From NCBI GenBank assembly GCA_965649765.1, contig OZ287751.1, positions 79,546,001 to 79,610,000 on the forward strand: a stretch of 64,000 nucleotides of DNA. Direction: 5' to 3'. The stretch comes from Bispira polyomma. Lineage: Eukaryota. The number at the start of each line of letters is the position of its first letter. Position 1 is the first letter of the stretch. This document shows, piece after piece, positions 15,320 to 27,985 of the stretch. The notes beneath the pieces are model-generated. The model saw only the letters and a program-made list of their open reading frames with translations. It was not told where the DNA came from and ran no database searches. A program made the translations under genes and the position numbers.

Positions 15320-17227
15320 GTGAGAAGCCTCTGATCACAGTTAGTTTAATTAATATCTCACTGGGGAGCCCTTTTCACCCCCAGGTATTTCACAGCTGTT
15401 CTGCTCTGCCCACCAGCTACATTTCCTATTTTAACAACCCCCACCCCCCAAGAGAGCCCATTTTGTTTCTTTTGAGATCACTTTTTATGGTATATCCTTT
15501 AGTTTTTGGACAGTGGGTGGAGATATCGATATTTGCAACTGACTTGGTTGGCACTTACGACTTTTTTATCATTAAATTTGCATGACATTTGTTAATATGT
15601 TGCCTTGTATCTTTAGAATGAAATATTCTGTACCACATGCTTAAGTATCATTTACTAAACTCTCCCGAGTGAAATATACTAAAATTTGTATGTGGAAATA
15701 ATATATAGAATAAGTCTGTTTATCTCTTCTCTGTTTATCCAAAAATCTGGATTAACCAAACTTCAACTGATGTCCTCCAATATTTAACACATTTTTCTTT
15801 TAAAAATTGTCTAATTGCATCAGGAAATAGCTCTTAATCATTCAGTTTGAGAGAAAAAGCTTTTCAGAACCCAGTTGTGGACATAAGAGCAAATCAGATT
15901 AATGTATAGTTTTATTGCAGACATAAACGTGGAGACGTTAAAAGACAGAAATTGGGTTGTGACTCAGTTGAACTGGGCTATTATTATTCTGAATAAAACA
16001 GGCCCTGGGGTTTTTAATTCATCAAAGTGAATGCCAGTGTTATTATCAAGGAGATATCATTATACCTGGGCAGACTGGTCATGCAGGGAGCGTCTATGTG
16101 AGAATTTTGAACACTACAACACACACATCTGACACAACACTGTATCAAATGCTTTATAATTATCTACCATTCACTATCCCTACCAAGTCACTATAATCAA
16201 TGGCTAAGAGAAAAAAATGTTTTGGCCAAACCCACATTATTAACGAAAACTTTAACAGCCACATCTGTGCTCAGATAGTCCCAACTAAAACTGAAACTTT
16301 CAAATATATACTTTTTTAATCAACAGATGTGCAGCTATTATCTTAATAATTAACTGAACTTGGTAAACTAAATCCAACCATTATGAAAAGTGTTTTTATA
16401 ATACTAATAACTAAAAAATAAAATGGAGTTAAATATTGTATTAAATAATAAATATACAAAGTACAGTATTTCACATAAAACATCAGCCGCAGAAATAAAA
16501 CACCATCATTATTGGTAAACCATTATTACTACAACATGTATCTTACAAGGGGAAGGATATTCAAAGTTATAAGAAAATTATTCTCTTTTGAAACCTAAGA
16601 AATTGATATCGTTAAATCCATGCCCTATTTTTTTGTTTTGTATTTAGTGACAACTAGTATTATTGTCTTTGGCGATTTAAAGAAAAAATTGAATAAAACT
16701 AATGAAGTACATGTGTTTTCAAAGAAAAAAAGGGTGAGCTTAAATGAAGGGGGCTGAGGTTAGCATTAATGAGGGAGGCTGAGGTTAGTTGTGTGTCTGA
16801 ATGTCCAACAACAGATGGACATGTTGTGTGATGTCAGTGAGAAACCTCAAACTGAGAGGGGATAAAAAACATAAGAGGGGCACAAAATCTCCTGGGTGTC
16901 AATCAACTGGTGTAAAACAGGTCACTTTGCCCCCCCCCCCCCCCTCCCTTGGGTATATACCCCTATTTTATCATAGGAACACCTATAGCCTTGGTTACAG
17001 CTCAAGTTTTTTAAATTTAATTTGGATTTGAATACATAGTTGAATTGTATTATACATTTTTAACACGCTTTATTGATGCTGGGCATCTCTATTAAAGTGC
17101 AACAACAAAATCAATAAACCAATCGAGAAGTCCAAAAACACAGTCTAGGTCGTAAGGAGTGATGTGGGGGTGTATAGGGATGGAATTAAGGGGGATAAGC
17201 AAGTTTGAAAAGATACATTTTAAGTGG

Positions 17228-17440
17228 GGTTGTACGACACTTTTAACAGCTAAGGTCATTTCACAACAGCCAGATTCAATGGTGGAAGAAACACATGCTG
17301 ATGCACTGTATCACCGACCTACAGCAAGTGCCTGACAAACTTTCCCACAAGAACAAATCAACAGGATTCAAACCCACATTGGTGAGAGAGGTCAGCCATT
17401 ATCACACAAACACTTCTAACCACTAGACCACCATGACCCC
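17228..17440 (-). mobile_element. tRNA-derived SINE, diverged
   Basis: On the minus strand: GGGGTCATGGTGGTCTAGTGGTTAG (A box), GGTTTGAATCC (B box) and a TGTGGGAAAG core shared with the 28083 copy. Confidence 0.75.
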
Positions 17441-18374
17441 ACCTTGTCAGATAGCTTCTCATTTTAAATATGTGTACACATACATACACATCACACACAC
17501 GATTTAGTGAAATAATGTACAAATACAAGTAGCGAAGATCTTTCCTAGCCAGAAGCAGACTGCTTTGTATTGCTTTGTAAAAACAGGAGTCGTATTCACA
17601 ACATTTTAAAATTTTCTTTTGTAAATACAAGCCGAGATCTATGAATACGAATGCAAGCATTATAAGAGCACATTATGTTTTTCAGGTGTGGTATTAAGAC
17701 ATGATTAGAAGGGATGAATTAAATTTTATATGAGATACTGCAGCCTTAACAAAGGCTGAAAACCCCTCTTACTAAGTTACTATGCATTAAAATGGGCCCT
17801 ACAAGCTTAGTCACAGGTTTTTACAATCTTATTCTTTTCAAAATCTTAAACTCCAAATATGTATGTTTAGTGAGAGCTTTATGAAATGAATGATTGAACA
17901 CCTCTTAATAGTTGCCTATTCCATGAAAAGTATTCATGAGTCATTAAAAATCAGATTTTGAGGTGAGACACTCTGGTCGCTATTCTCTTTACATAGTAAT
18001 CCATACACTAATGGATTGAAAGTGTAAAAGCGACATACATGTACTTCAAAGTCTTATTTATCGCTTTAAATCCAATCAATGTTTTTTAGTGATTAAGTAC
18101 ATCTAATGAGGCCATCAACTATTGAGAAAACATAGAATGTGAATATAAAATTTTTCAAATGACAAAAAGTAACTAGAAATAGAACGCCCTGTTAAGAGTA
18201 GCTGCAACATATGAAAAGAAACAGGATAGCATAGAAGAACACACATTAGCATGTGTAATGTCCACCAATGAACCTTTTGGAACAATTGCACAGTAGTCTT
18301 ACAGGACTGTTTTGTTTGTAAAATATATCAACGATGCTCCAAAATTTATTAGTATACATGTAAATTATTTCAAC

Positions 18375-18660
18375 TGCACGGACAAAATGTTGTCGGACAA
18401 AATACCGAGGGGACAAAACGGCAGTCAAAATTGCAAGGGGGACAAAATGCTGTCTAACTAAATGGTACATAACACATTTACACAAGCACTGCCTAGTAGT
18501 GTACACCATGTAACAGATTCCTGAAAAACGCCCATCAGGAAAAATGTCCATCAAGTGAATCACATCAGCAAAAAATCCCATCAGGAAAATTGGCCATCAG
18601 CTATAGTGATGGGTGGGAAAATTGGCCATCAATTTTGCAAAATTTCTTCACAACAGATAA
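18375..18660. mobile_element. Two orphan MULE-like TIR remnants
   Basis: Spaced GGACAAAA repeats (18380-18455) and AAAA..CCCATCA repeats (18520-18655), with the same modular build as the TIRs at 31257 and 42617. Confidence 0.5.
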
Positions 18661-18984
18661 TTTAACTATTATTTATAAAAATCTGATGTAAGGTAATGAT
18701 AAACTACATTTACAATTGATTAAGGTCCACTTTTATTTCAGGTTTATGTATAAGTTTATTTATTTAAATCAAAGGAATAGTGCATAAATTTCACGTTATT
18801 TTATTTGTATCAAAAGAAGGGTGCACAAGTTTCCTAATTTTTTATTGACACCAAAGGAAGGGTGTATGTGGTGTGTCTACTCAGGGGAGATCAAGAAAAA
18901 GCTATTGTTCGTTGTATAATCTGTGCGTGAATTCTTTGAAAGCTCAGAAGAAATCAATTGATGGGCAGTGTGTGAGAGTAATAA

Positions 18985-20870
18985 CAAATTGCTCTATCTC
19001 GCAGGGTTCAGGAGATAGAAGCAAATTTGAGTTTTTCCAGTTTTGGCAAAAATTCAAAATGGCGTCCATTTTTGGGGAGAGGAAAATTTTCTGAAAATTG
19101 CCTATAGTACATCTTTTAGATACACTGTGGGTCGAAAATTTCGACGAAATCGCTCTATCTCGCACGGTTAAGGAGATAGAAGCAAATTTGTGTTTTTCCA
19201 TTTTTGGCAAAAATTCGAAAATTCAAAATGGCCGCCATTTTTGGGGAGAGGAAATTTTTTGAAAATTGCCAATAGTATATTTCTCAGATACCCTGTGGGT
19301 CGAAAATTTCGACGAAATCACTCTATCTGGCACGGTTAAGGAGATAGAAGCAAATTTGTGTTTTTCCATTTTTGGCAAAAATTTGAAAAATCAAAATGGC
19401 CGCCATTTTTGGGGAGAGGAAAACTTTTTGAAAATTGCCAAGTGTACATTGATTAGATACCGTGTGGGTCCAAAATTTCAACCAAATCGCTCTATCTTGC
19501 ACGGTTAAGGAGATAGAAGCAAATTTGTGTTTTTCCAGTTTTGGCAAAAATTCAAAAATTCAAAATGGCCGCCATTTTTGGGGAGAGGAAAATTTTTTGA
19601 AAATTGCCTATAATACATTGATTAAATACACTGTGGGTCGAAAATTTCGACGAAATCGCTCTATCTCACACGGTTAAGGAGATAGAAACAAATTTGTTTT
19701 TCCATTTTTGGCAGAAATTCGAAAATTCAAAATGGCCGCCATTTTTGGGGAGAGGAAATTTTTTGAAAATTGCCAATAGTATATTTTGTCATATACCCTG
19801 TGGGTCAAACATTTCGACGAAATCACTCTATCTGGCACGGTTAAGGAGATAGAAGCAAATTTGTGTTTTTCCATTTTTGGCAAAAATTTGAAAAATCAAA
19901 ATGGCCGCCATTTTTGGGGAGAGGAAAACTTTTTGAAAATTGCCAAGTGTACATTGATTAGATACCCTGTAGGTCCAAAAGTTCAACCAAATCGCTCTAT
20001 CTTGCACAGTTAAGGAGATAGAAGCAAATTTGTGTTTTTCCAGTTTTGGCAAAAATTTGAAAATTCAAAATGGTCGCCATTTTTGGGGAGAAGAAAATTT
20101 TTTGAAAATTGCCTATAGTACATTGATCAGATACCCTATGGGTCGAAAATTTCGACGAAATCGCTCTATCTCACACGGTTAAGGAGATAGAAGCAAATTT
20201 GTGTTTTTCCAGTTTTGGCAAAAATTCGAAAATTCAAAATGGTCGCCATTTTTGGGGAGAAGAAAATTTTTTTGAAAATTGCCTATAGTACATTGATTAG
20301 ATACCCTATGGGTGGAAAATTTAGACGAAATCGCTCTATCTCACACGGTTAAGGAGATAGAAGCAAATTTGTGTTTTTCCAGTTTTGGTAAAAATTCAAA
20401 AATTCAAAATGGTCGCCATTTTTGGGGAGAAGAAATTTTTTTGAAAATTGCCTATAGTACATTGATTAGATACCCTGTGGGTCCAAAAGTTCAACCAAAT
20501 CGCTCTATCTTGCACAGTTAAGGAGATAGAAGCAAATTTGTGTTTTTCCAGTTTTGGCAAAAATTCGAAAATTCAAAATGGTCGCCATTTTTGGGGAGAA
20601 GAAAATTTTTTGAAAATTGCCTATAGTACATTGATTAGATACCCTCTGGGTCGAAAATTTCGACGAAATCACTCTATCTCGCACGGTTAAGGAGATAGAA
20701 GCAAATTTACGTTTTTCCATTTTTGGCAAAAATTCGAAAATTCAAAATGGCCGCCATTTTTGGGAAGAGTAAAATTTTTTTTCAAAATTGCCAAGAGTAC
20801 ATTGATTAGATACCCTGAGGGTCGAAATTTTGACGAAATCGCTCTATCTCGCACGGTTTAGGAGATGGAC
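18985..20870 (+). repeat. Tandem satellite array, ~169-bp monomer, 11 copies plus a partial
   Basis: CTCTATCT...GGAGATAGAAGCAAATTTG...CAAAATGGCCGCCATTTTTGGGG recurs at about 18992, 19152, 19320, 19488, 19657, 19824, 19993, 20162, 20332, 20501, 20670 and 20840. Confidence 0.97.
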
Positions 20871-21270
20871 ATATTTATGTTTTTTGCTATGTAGCTATTA
20901 CAACTAAAAGTAGCTAAGTAGCTATTGCTGAGTCAGTTATAGAGCTATTATCACTAAAAGCAATCCCAAGCAAGCTATTGGCCTAACTATTGGTCACACC
21001 AAATTTGGTAAAGATATGTCAAATATTTTTCCTTAAAATGCCCGGAAACAAAAGAAGTACATAAAAGTAAGTAAGTAGCTATTACTCAGTGACCTATGGA
21101 GCTATCTTCACCCAAAAGCAATCCCATGCAAGCTATTAACCCAATAAACACCCATACCAAATTTGGTAAACATAGGATAAATACTTTTCCTTGAAATGAC
21201 CGGAAACCAAACGTGACGGACAGCGGACGATGGACGCAGGACGCTGGAAAAAGCAAAAATAATATACAAC
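18985..21270 (+). mobile_element. pearl/HINE (Helentron-associated)-like non-autonomous element carrying tandem repeats
   Basis: The 169-bp array is followed by two ~156-bp core repeats (starting about 20907 and 21063; ACCAAATTTGGTAAA, CCGGAAAC) and a degenerate GACG/ACGG microsatellite (21213-21245). This is the layout of bivalve pearl/HINE elements. Termini are not clearly intact. Confidence 0.7.
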
Positions 21271-22452
21271 TACAACTGTGCCGTACAAAGAAGTAAATTA
21301 CTCATGGGGACAACCCCTAAAAATTAAGCCGAGATTTATGGGACTGCTGTTGTGTATTTGGTTGATAATACCAAGCTCTTAAAGTTCTCATCGCTCAGTC
21401 TTTATTGCCATTTATCTCAGAACTTGTACAGCATTGCTAATTACCTCATTCAATACTACCCAGGTATACAATATATAAATATCTCTTCGACTTAAGCTGT
21501 ATAGTAAATGTCCCCCACTGTCCCTGGATGGGTATTAAACTTAATTTATGTCAATAAAATCTGAATTAAAAGTCCCTCTTACAGGGCAGTGAGTGTTGCT
21601 TCTTGTTCAGTTTATAGCTTGTTAAACAAAAAAAATAGTTTGAATACTTTTATAGGGCGATGTTATTAAAAAAGTGATTTATATACAGTCCTTTCCAGGC
21701 AAATAAATCACTCTTTTTACCCATCATATCATACATGTAATACGAAAACAGTCGAATTCTAGTAAATCTTCTTCTATTCATGCCGTTCCATGTTAATTTA
21801 ATACTATAGTTTATATATTAAACACGTCACCTAATATTTTGACAACTAACTTCTGGAATAAATATTACTTTTTGTATTAAATGTAGTGTTACTGAGGAAA
21901 TACATATTGATTCAGTTAAAAAAGTCACATTTTTGGGGGGAAAATCTTATCATCTAACAATCTATGTATCTAAAGGCAAGGGCTGATAATACAACAATTT
22001 GTATGGCTTGCCTAAAAAAATGGATTAGTTTTTAAAAACAGTAAAATGAGAAAAGCTATATTTTTACAACATTTTTACATGCATAAATCTGGTATATACA
22101 TGTGCACACTTTAGTTGGCTTTTTTTTTACTGTCACAATCAACTCAGTTTAGCCTAGTACAGACATCACTTCACTGCAAAACACCCTGTGTCAGTAAAAC
22201 ATGTTGTAATGTCAATAGAACACTGGTATCTGCTGTCAACTAACAGAAAGGTGAACTCCTTTTGTAGCTGTTAACTTGTTAGCATGCAAAAACAACATAA
22301 ATAATGAAAGATCACAAAAAATACTAAATATTAAACCTGTTAATAAGAATCTTATCAAATAACCTAGAATACAATTTTGTTTTAATAAAATTTATGTGTA
22401 AAATAACTATGCTTTTAATTAATTTTTTTTTTAAATATTTTTAAAAATTTAA

Positions 22453-22503
22453 TGGGCATTGTGGCAATTTTGTACAGGTATGCGCTCTACTGAGTGGTCT
22501 TGT
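22453..22503 (-). mobile_element. Helentron/HINE-like terminal box remnant
   Basis: The minus strand reads ACAAGACCACTCAGTAGAGCGCATACC, resembling termini I recall from DINE/HINE-type elements. Not verified. Confidence 0.4.
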
Positions 22504-22596
22504 AACAATCCATTTCAACTAAGCAATTAATCCTAAATACAAATACGCGACCTTTGATTGTAGAAATACGACCTTGGTGAAGATAGATCTGTAATT

Positions 22597-22935
22597 TTAT
22601 TTTATAAGGCTACTGGTCAAACGTTTTAAAGGATACGTACATGTACATACTGATGTGAATTTTGCAACAACATTCTGAGCAATTTGATTACAGACTAGGT
22701 AAGTATCCCTATGATGGAATATAAATCTCAAGGCTGACGAGATGTCTACACATTTTTTTCCATTGTAAACTTCTACTCCTGCTTTATAACTTGTGAAAAC
22801 TCTCAGCACATCATTATGTCTGACTTCTGTCTTTTTATCACTCAGGTGCAAATTCTGTTTTAAAAAATCTGTAAAATGATCAACATAGATCCACTGCTTG
22901 TTGTTCTCTTTGAAGACATGAACATACTTCTCCAT
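22597..22935 (-). CDS. Orphan 112-codon ORF, probably a TE- or virus-derived gene fragment
   Basis: True ATG start and protein-like composition, unlike the other intronic ORFs. Possible donor TCA|GTATGT after 22651. Confidence 0.4.
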   Translation of the reverse strand: MEKYVHVFKENNKQWIYVDHFTDFLKQNLHLSDKKTEVRHNDVLRVFTSYKAGVEVYNGKKCVDISSALRFIFHHRDTYLVCNQIAQNVVAKFTSVCTCTYPLKRLTSSLIK

Positions 22936-23589
22936 AATGCAAATTTTTGTGCCGCCTTATCCCAATGAAAAAAGTTACCATTTTAACAGGAAATTGAATA
23001 ACATTAGATTCAAACTAAATATATATTGTGCAATCACTTGTCTGGTAACCAGACCTATATTTCATCACCCAATGCTTCTCCACTGATGGTTTATCAAGAA
23101 AACAGTTTTTCCCAAAATCCAGACTTAGTGTTCAAATTGTAAATTTATTAAATATTGCAAGAAACTAACTTGAACATATAGGTATTGATAACACACACTG
23201 AATGCTTAGAAAAATCTAATAACTACATGTATATACAAAGTACAAAGGAAGATACAAAAATCTTTCTTTTCTATGATAACAAGATTTCCCCCCTCTAATA
23301 GCCTTCGCAAATCTGCTCCTAATAGCCTACGCAAATCTGCGCAGTTAATGTAATGCAAAAAGGCCCTCTGTGAGAATGTTGATATGTAGCACATATTACC
23401 CTAATGCCTGGTTATAATAGTAGAAAATTTTTTTGTTCCATCTACTTCTGCTGAGGAAGTCTCTGCACTGTCAAACGATAATAATCATTTCAAAGTGCGG
23501 GAAATCTGCGCTAGAATTTAGGGGCCAGTCTCCACACTGTACAGGTGTTTTCTTACATCATGGTATGATGGCAGCTTATTACAAATACT

Positions 23590-23771
23590 AGAGTAAAAGG
23601 AATCTCAAAATTCGACGCTGTACCTGAATATTCGCCAACCCCTAAAATTTAAGGCAAAATAGTCACAGAAATTTTAATTTCAGCAAATATTACCCATAAT
23701 TCTACCAAAAATACAACATTTTCCAGCTGGCAAATTTTAGATACAGTGGCAAATTTATCATTCCTTACTCT
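23590..23771. mobile_element. AGAGTAAGGAATC-family MITE, opposite orientation to the other copies
   Basis: TA-AGAGTAAAAGGAATC...ATTCCTTACTCT-A; the interior is the reverse complement of the 45734 and 58994 copies. Confidence 0.8.
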
Positions 23772-24140
23772 ACCAGTATACTGTTACCAAATCCTAAAAA
23801 ATAATATAGATTTTTTTTAGGGGGGGGGAATGAAAATTTTTAAGTTTTAGTCTATATACCTCTTTTTAAATGTTTTTTTTTTTTCTCCATTTGGTTTAAA
23901 TTTGTTAAAGTTTAATCTTGTATTGATTTTTTTTTAGATACCGGGCCTACTTTGTCAGCCTTACTGTAGTGGTAATGAAGGCCACCCCAGTAGTCCTACT
24001 CAGGGAGTCAGAGGTCACTTCTATCAATTGCCTAGCCAGGGGCCATGTTTTAATTCTATCCACAGAAGACCTCATCTGTCTTAATCTACCTCAAGAAACA
24101 ATCAGTTTTCTTACTTCCCTTCCCCCCAAAAACACACTTA

Positions 24141-24584
24141 AGTGAGCGTTTCCATGCAGGCAACTTTCTGAGGCGATCAGGCGACAGCTGACGGCGATTC
24201 TATCAGTTTCATTGATTTATAATCAAGTGTTTCCATGTGAGCCACACCGATAGGTGACAGGCAATGCCAGGCGATTTTTTCGGTACTAGGAGCGAAAAAA
24301 ATCGCCTGGCATTGCCCGTCGCATTGTAAACATTGCCGGTTTTTTAAATAACTCAAAAATTACTGAAGGTATAAATGTTATGAAAATGTGCTGAGAAAGT
24401 TTATTTTATCGGGTATATTGTGCTTTTTGTTGCATCAAAATCGGTTGAGAAATGGGTAAGATATTCCGGTTTGAATACAGGTGTCTATTTTTCTCAAATA
24501 CTTGTATGGAAAAAAAAAATTGAAAATTGCCTGTTATACGTCGGCTGGTCGCCTCAGAAAGTTGCCTGCATGGAAACGCTCACT
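24141..24584. mobile_element. MITE with 36-bp perfect TIRs and central hairpin
   Basis: AGTGAGCGTTTCCATGCAGGCAACTTTCTGAGGCGA and its exact reverse complement, with TA (or degenerate TTAA) flanks. Internal inverted repeat at about 24257-24320. Confidence 0.92.
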
Positions 24585-24910
24585 TATAAAATAACTGGGT
24601 ATTTATGTGATTCGGTTTGATGTTGCCTGATTCAAAATATATACACAGTGGAACCGAAAGAAGTTTGCTGTGAAGTGCCCTACTTCATTCCTTACTTTAG
24701 ATCAGTCATATTCATAACTGATTGCTAACTTAAAATCAGTCCTGACAACTGATATTAATTGATATACTTTTGTCAATTCAGTTGATTATATACCATGGTA
24801 TTTTGAAAACAAGGAGAAATGTTTTAGTTTTTTTTAAGTTTGTTATTTATAAATAAGTTTAATTTTCCACATTTTCTCCCAACATATGCTCCTAGTTTAT
24901 TAAAAAATTA

Positions 24911-25317
24911 CAGTAGAACCTCTATTATGCATACATACATGTTGGAAGAGCAAGATTTTGTTCTCATCAATAGAAGATGCATTTTAGTACAAAACAATAG
25001 GTATACCTGAACTGGGGAGACAATGGGTTCAGAAATGTCGAATATACGGATTATAGAAGTTTGACATTTCTGTGTAAAACAATTGGAAAATCATCAATTT
25101 GGCAGTGAAACTCAGTTTGTAACGTTGAATATTTGGACATTTCTGTGTAAAACAATGGGAAAATCATCAATTTGGCAGTGAAACTCAGTTTGTAACGTTG
25201 AATATTTGGACATTTCTGTGTAAAACAATGGGAAAATCATCAATTTGGCAGTGAAACTCAGTTTGTAACGTTGAATATTTGGACAATAGAATAGTTCAGA
25301 TAATAGAGGTTCTACTG
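24911..25317. mobile_element. Tc1/mariner(pogo)-like MITE family A with internal 3 x 73-bp expansion
   Basis: TA-CAGTAGAACCTCTATTAT...ATAATAGAGGTTCTACTG. Related copies at about 11180-11342, 56840-57008, 59738-59912, 60794-60982, 61080-61402, 62490-62616 and 63768-63943. Confidence 0.85.
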
Positions 25318-27985
25318 TCTATTCACTTCCAGACATATTCCTCCAATCTAGATCAGATGTGTGTGTATCCTCTGGGCGTGTTTTTATATCACTTTACGGT
25401 AGCTTTATGAACAGATAATGCAGACCACTTGCAAGGAGAAAGCAGTCATAAACCAGTAGAGTTTTCTGTTAGTTTTTCACAGTCACTCATTAAGATAAAA
25501 TGGCTGAAAGGCTTTTTTTGCTAAAACCGATGGTGTGTGGGTGTGAAAAAGCAATTACTCTCCGCCTTATCAAAGGTGAAAGACTCCTGCAGTTACTCCT
25601 AATTAAACGAGATTATTAATAACAGACACACATCCTCCCAAAATGTTAGTCCAGAGCCACAAGTGAGGCACATAGGTGAAAGGTATCAAACCATCAAACG
25701 GGACTCTGTCAAGATAATACCAGTCAGCAAAGATTTTTTATAAAATCCTTAATTATCACTCGCCTGTGGAAGGATTTATATTTCCAGAAACTTCTGGAAG
25801 AAAAACTAAAAGAAGAACCTCTTTCATTATGAACATGTTGGTGGAGAAGGGGGGCATGCAAAATGTTGTTCAGATAGACAGTTCATAAAATAGAAGAGGC
25901 ATTTCACTATCAAACAACAAGATGTGTAACTGTATTATATACCGGCAGTTCTTTTTACAAAGGTGACCTAGAATTTATTTGATGACTGTGACAAAGTCTG
26001 ATTAGTTAATGTCCAAAAATAGTTTAGTTTAAAGAAGCTGACATGACAGGATTTGAGGATATTACTTTTACGATTCCTGTAAAACAGACGATAACATTTA
26101 AATAACTTTAACATATTTTTTCTAAGCTTTCAATTTTTCGCTTTAGATGTATGGCTTCATATTTAAGTTACTCTCACAAAATGTTGTCAGAAACAATTAA
26201 TAATAGTAAGTAGAAAAAATACTAGTAAATTGATTTCCCTAAGAGGGGGGGCAAAAAGCCATGATAAAAGTCTGCAAAATCACATATTAAAGTCATCTGT
26301 CAATTACTGAAATTAATTTTCAGCAATTTTACACTTAATTTGATGAATGTGTGATTGTGTGGTTTTTTTGACCAAAAAAGGTATAACATGGAAGTTTATT
26401 GTGAAGAAAATAAAAGTATGAAAACCTTGCAGCTCTGTAAAATGGCAACACACCCCACCCCCATCCTCGCCATTTTAATACTTTTTATGAATCATTTATT
26501 CAACTTAAACGCGATAGAGAAAAAGGACGCTGGGCAAAAAAAAAACAGTTGTAATTTCACCCGATTTGCATAAAGATTTTAATATTTTTAGTTACTAATC
26601 TCTGCATCTATGTTTTACTCGAACAACCTCATTGCTTTAATTGACAACCTCCCTGCTTTAAATGGTGCACACTATTTTATTAAATGGCAAGATTTGTGGT
26701 GGTTACGAATATTAGTTCAGTTCACTACAACAATAGCCAGTGATCTATTTTACTTTGAATCTGTAAGAAAATGAACAAAATTGAGGGCTGTATTGTGAAG
26801 AAACCAGTTTGGTTGTTTTTTATAGGGGGAACAGTCTTTTTCATCTTATGTCTTTCAATATGCATTGACGTAAGCATAATCCTCTTTTGCTTGGTGTTTT
26901 AAAAAAACAACTATGTCTCTAACTGGTATAATTATACACAGGGGGGGGTTTCAAACATGCAAATTGTGCCCGCAAATCTACTTTGGAGCTGCTCATAAAA
27001 ACAGGTAGTTACCCATTAGGGGTTCAGAACCAAATTTGTCACCTTTTGCAATCTATTGTCTTGGAAGGCCACGTCATAAATCAACCCAATAGTACCACTT
27101 ATGCAAAGGGTTTTAAAATTTTATGGACCCTAGGAAAATACAGTGAAAACTAAGACAGGCCCCTTCACCCATAATTCCTGTATTTTGCCCCGAAGACTTG
27201 AGAACTCCAATCAAACTTATCTTTACCCTGCCTTGACCTCTCTGGTTTAGTATCAAATTACCCGCAACCCCCACCCCCTCCATTCGCTAAAAGAATGATG
27301 GGGTAAAAAGTCTCAACCCCATAAAACAATCTAGGTCCTTATTTATACATACATATATATACACATTATAGGTTCTTAGGGTTAGTAATTAAGAAGTATA
27401 TTCTTTCAATTTGGCACAAAATACCTCCAACAATGATTTGCACGGAGTTATTGGTACTTTTTACCTTTTTTTCTCTATCAGTGTCTCTTAGTTTTTCTCC
27501 ACTTTTTTAAAGTTTTAAATGGAATCACTGACTAAAAGATGACATAACTATGATTGCACCAACTACATTGAGTAGTTAAATACATGTAGACCTCCAATGT
27601 CATGGTCAACTCAACCCTGGCAATTCTAAAATGCCCCCTCCCCTCCTGTGGTTAAAAACTAAATTATCCTGTCAGTTTGGCCCAGTAGAGCACACACTAC
27701 AGGGCACAGTAGGGGGTATCAAACAGCCACTGGATGCAACCCTAGCATTTCACCTGGTTCTAAACTGCATCACAGAGCAAATACTGGCAATCCGCATCGC
27801 TTTAGCTTCATACTGAGATCTCATTTCAAAATCACCAAAGTGGGACTTTAGCATTAAATATATTGTTATCAGTATTATGCAAATTATACTATGAACTGTC
27901 ATACCTAAAACCCTTAACAACATATGGAAATTGAAAAAATAAAACATACCGGGGCTAATAAGAAATACCTATACTGTAATTTACA

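Noticed and set aside
15076-15585. 169-aa plus-strand ORF
   Set aside because: GTG start; its length is explained by a poly-C run and the 51-bp duplication.
18985-20870. CRISPR array or coding repeat
   Set aside because: The monomers are contiguous with no unique spacers and no cas genes. The overlapping ORFs on both strands are satellite artefacts.
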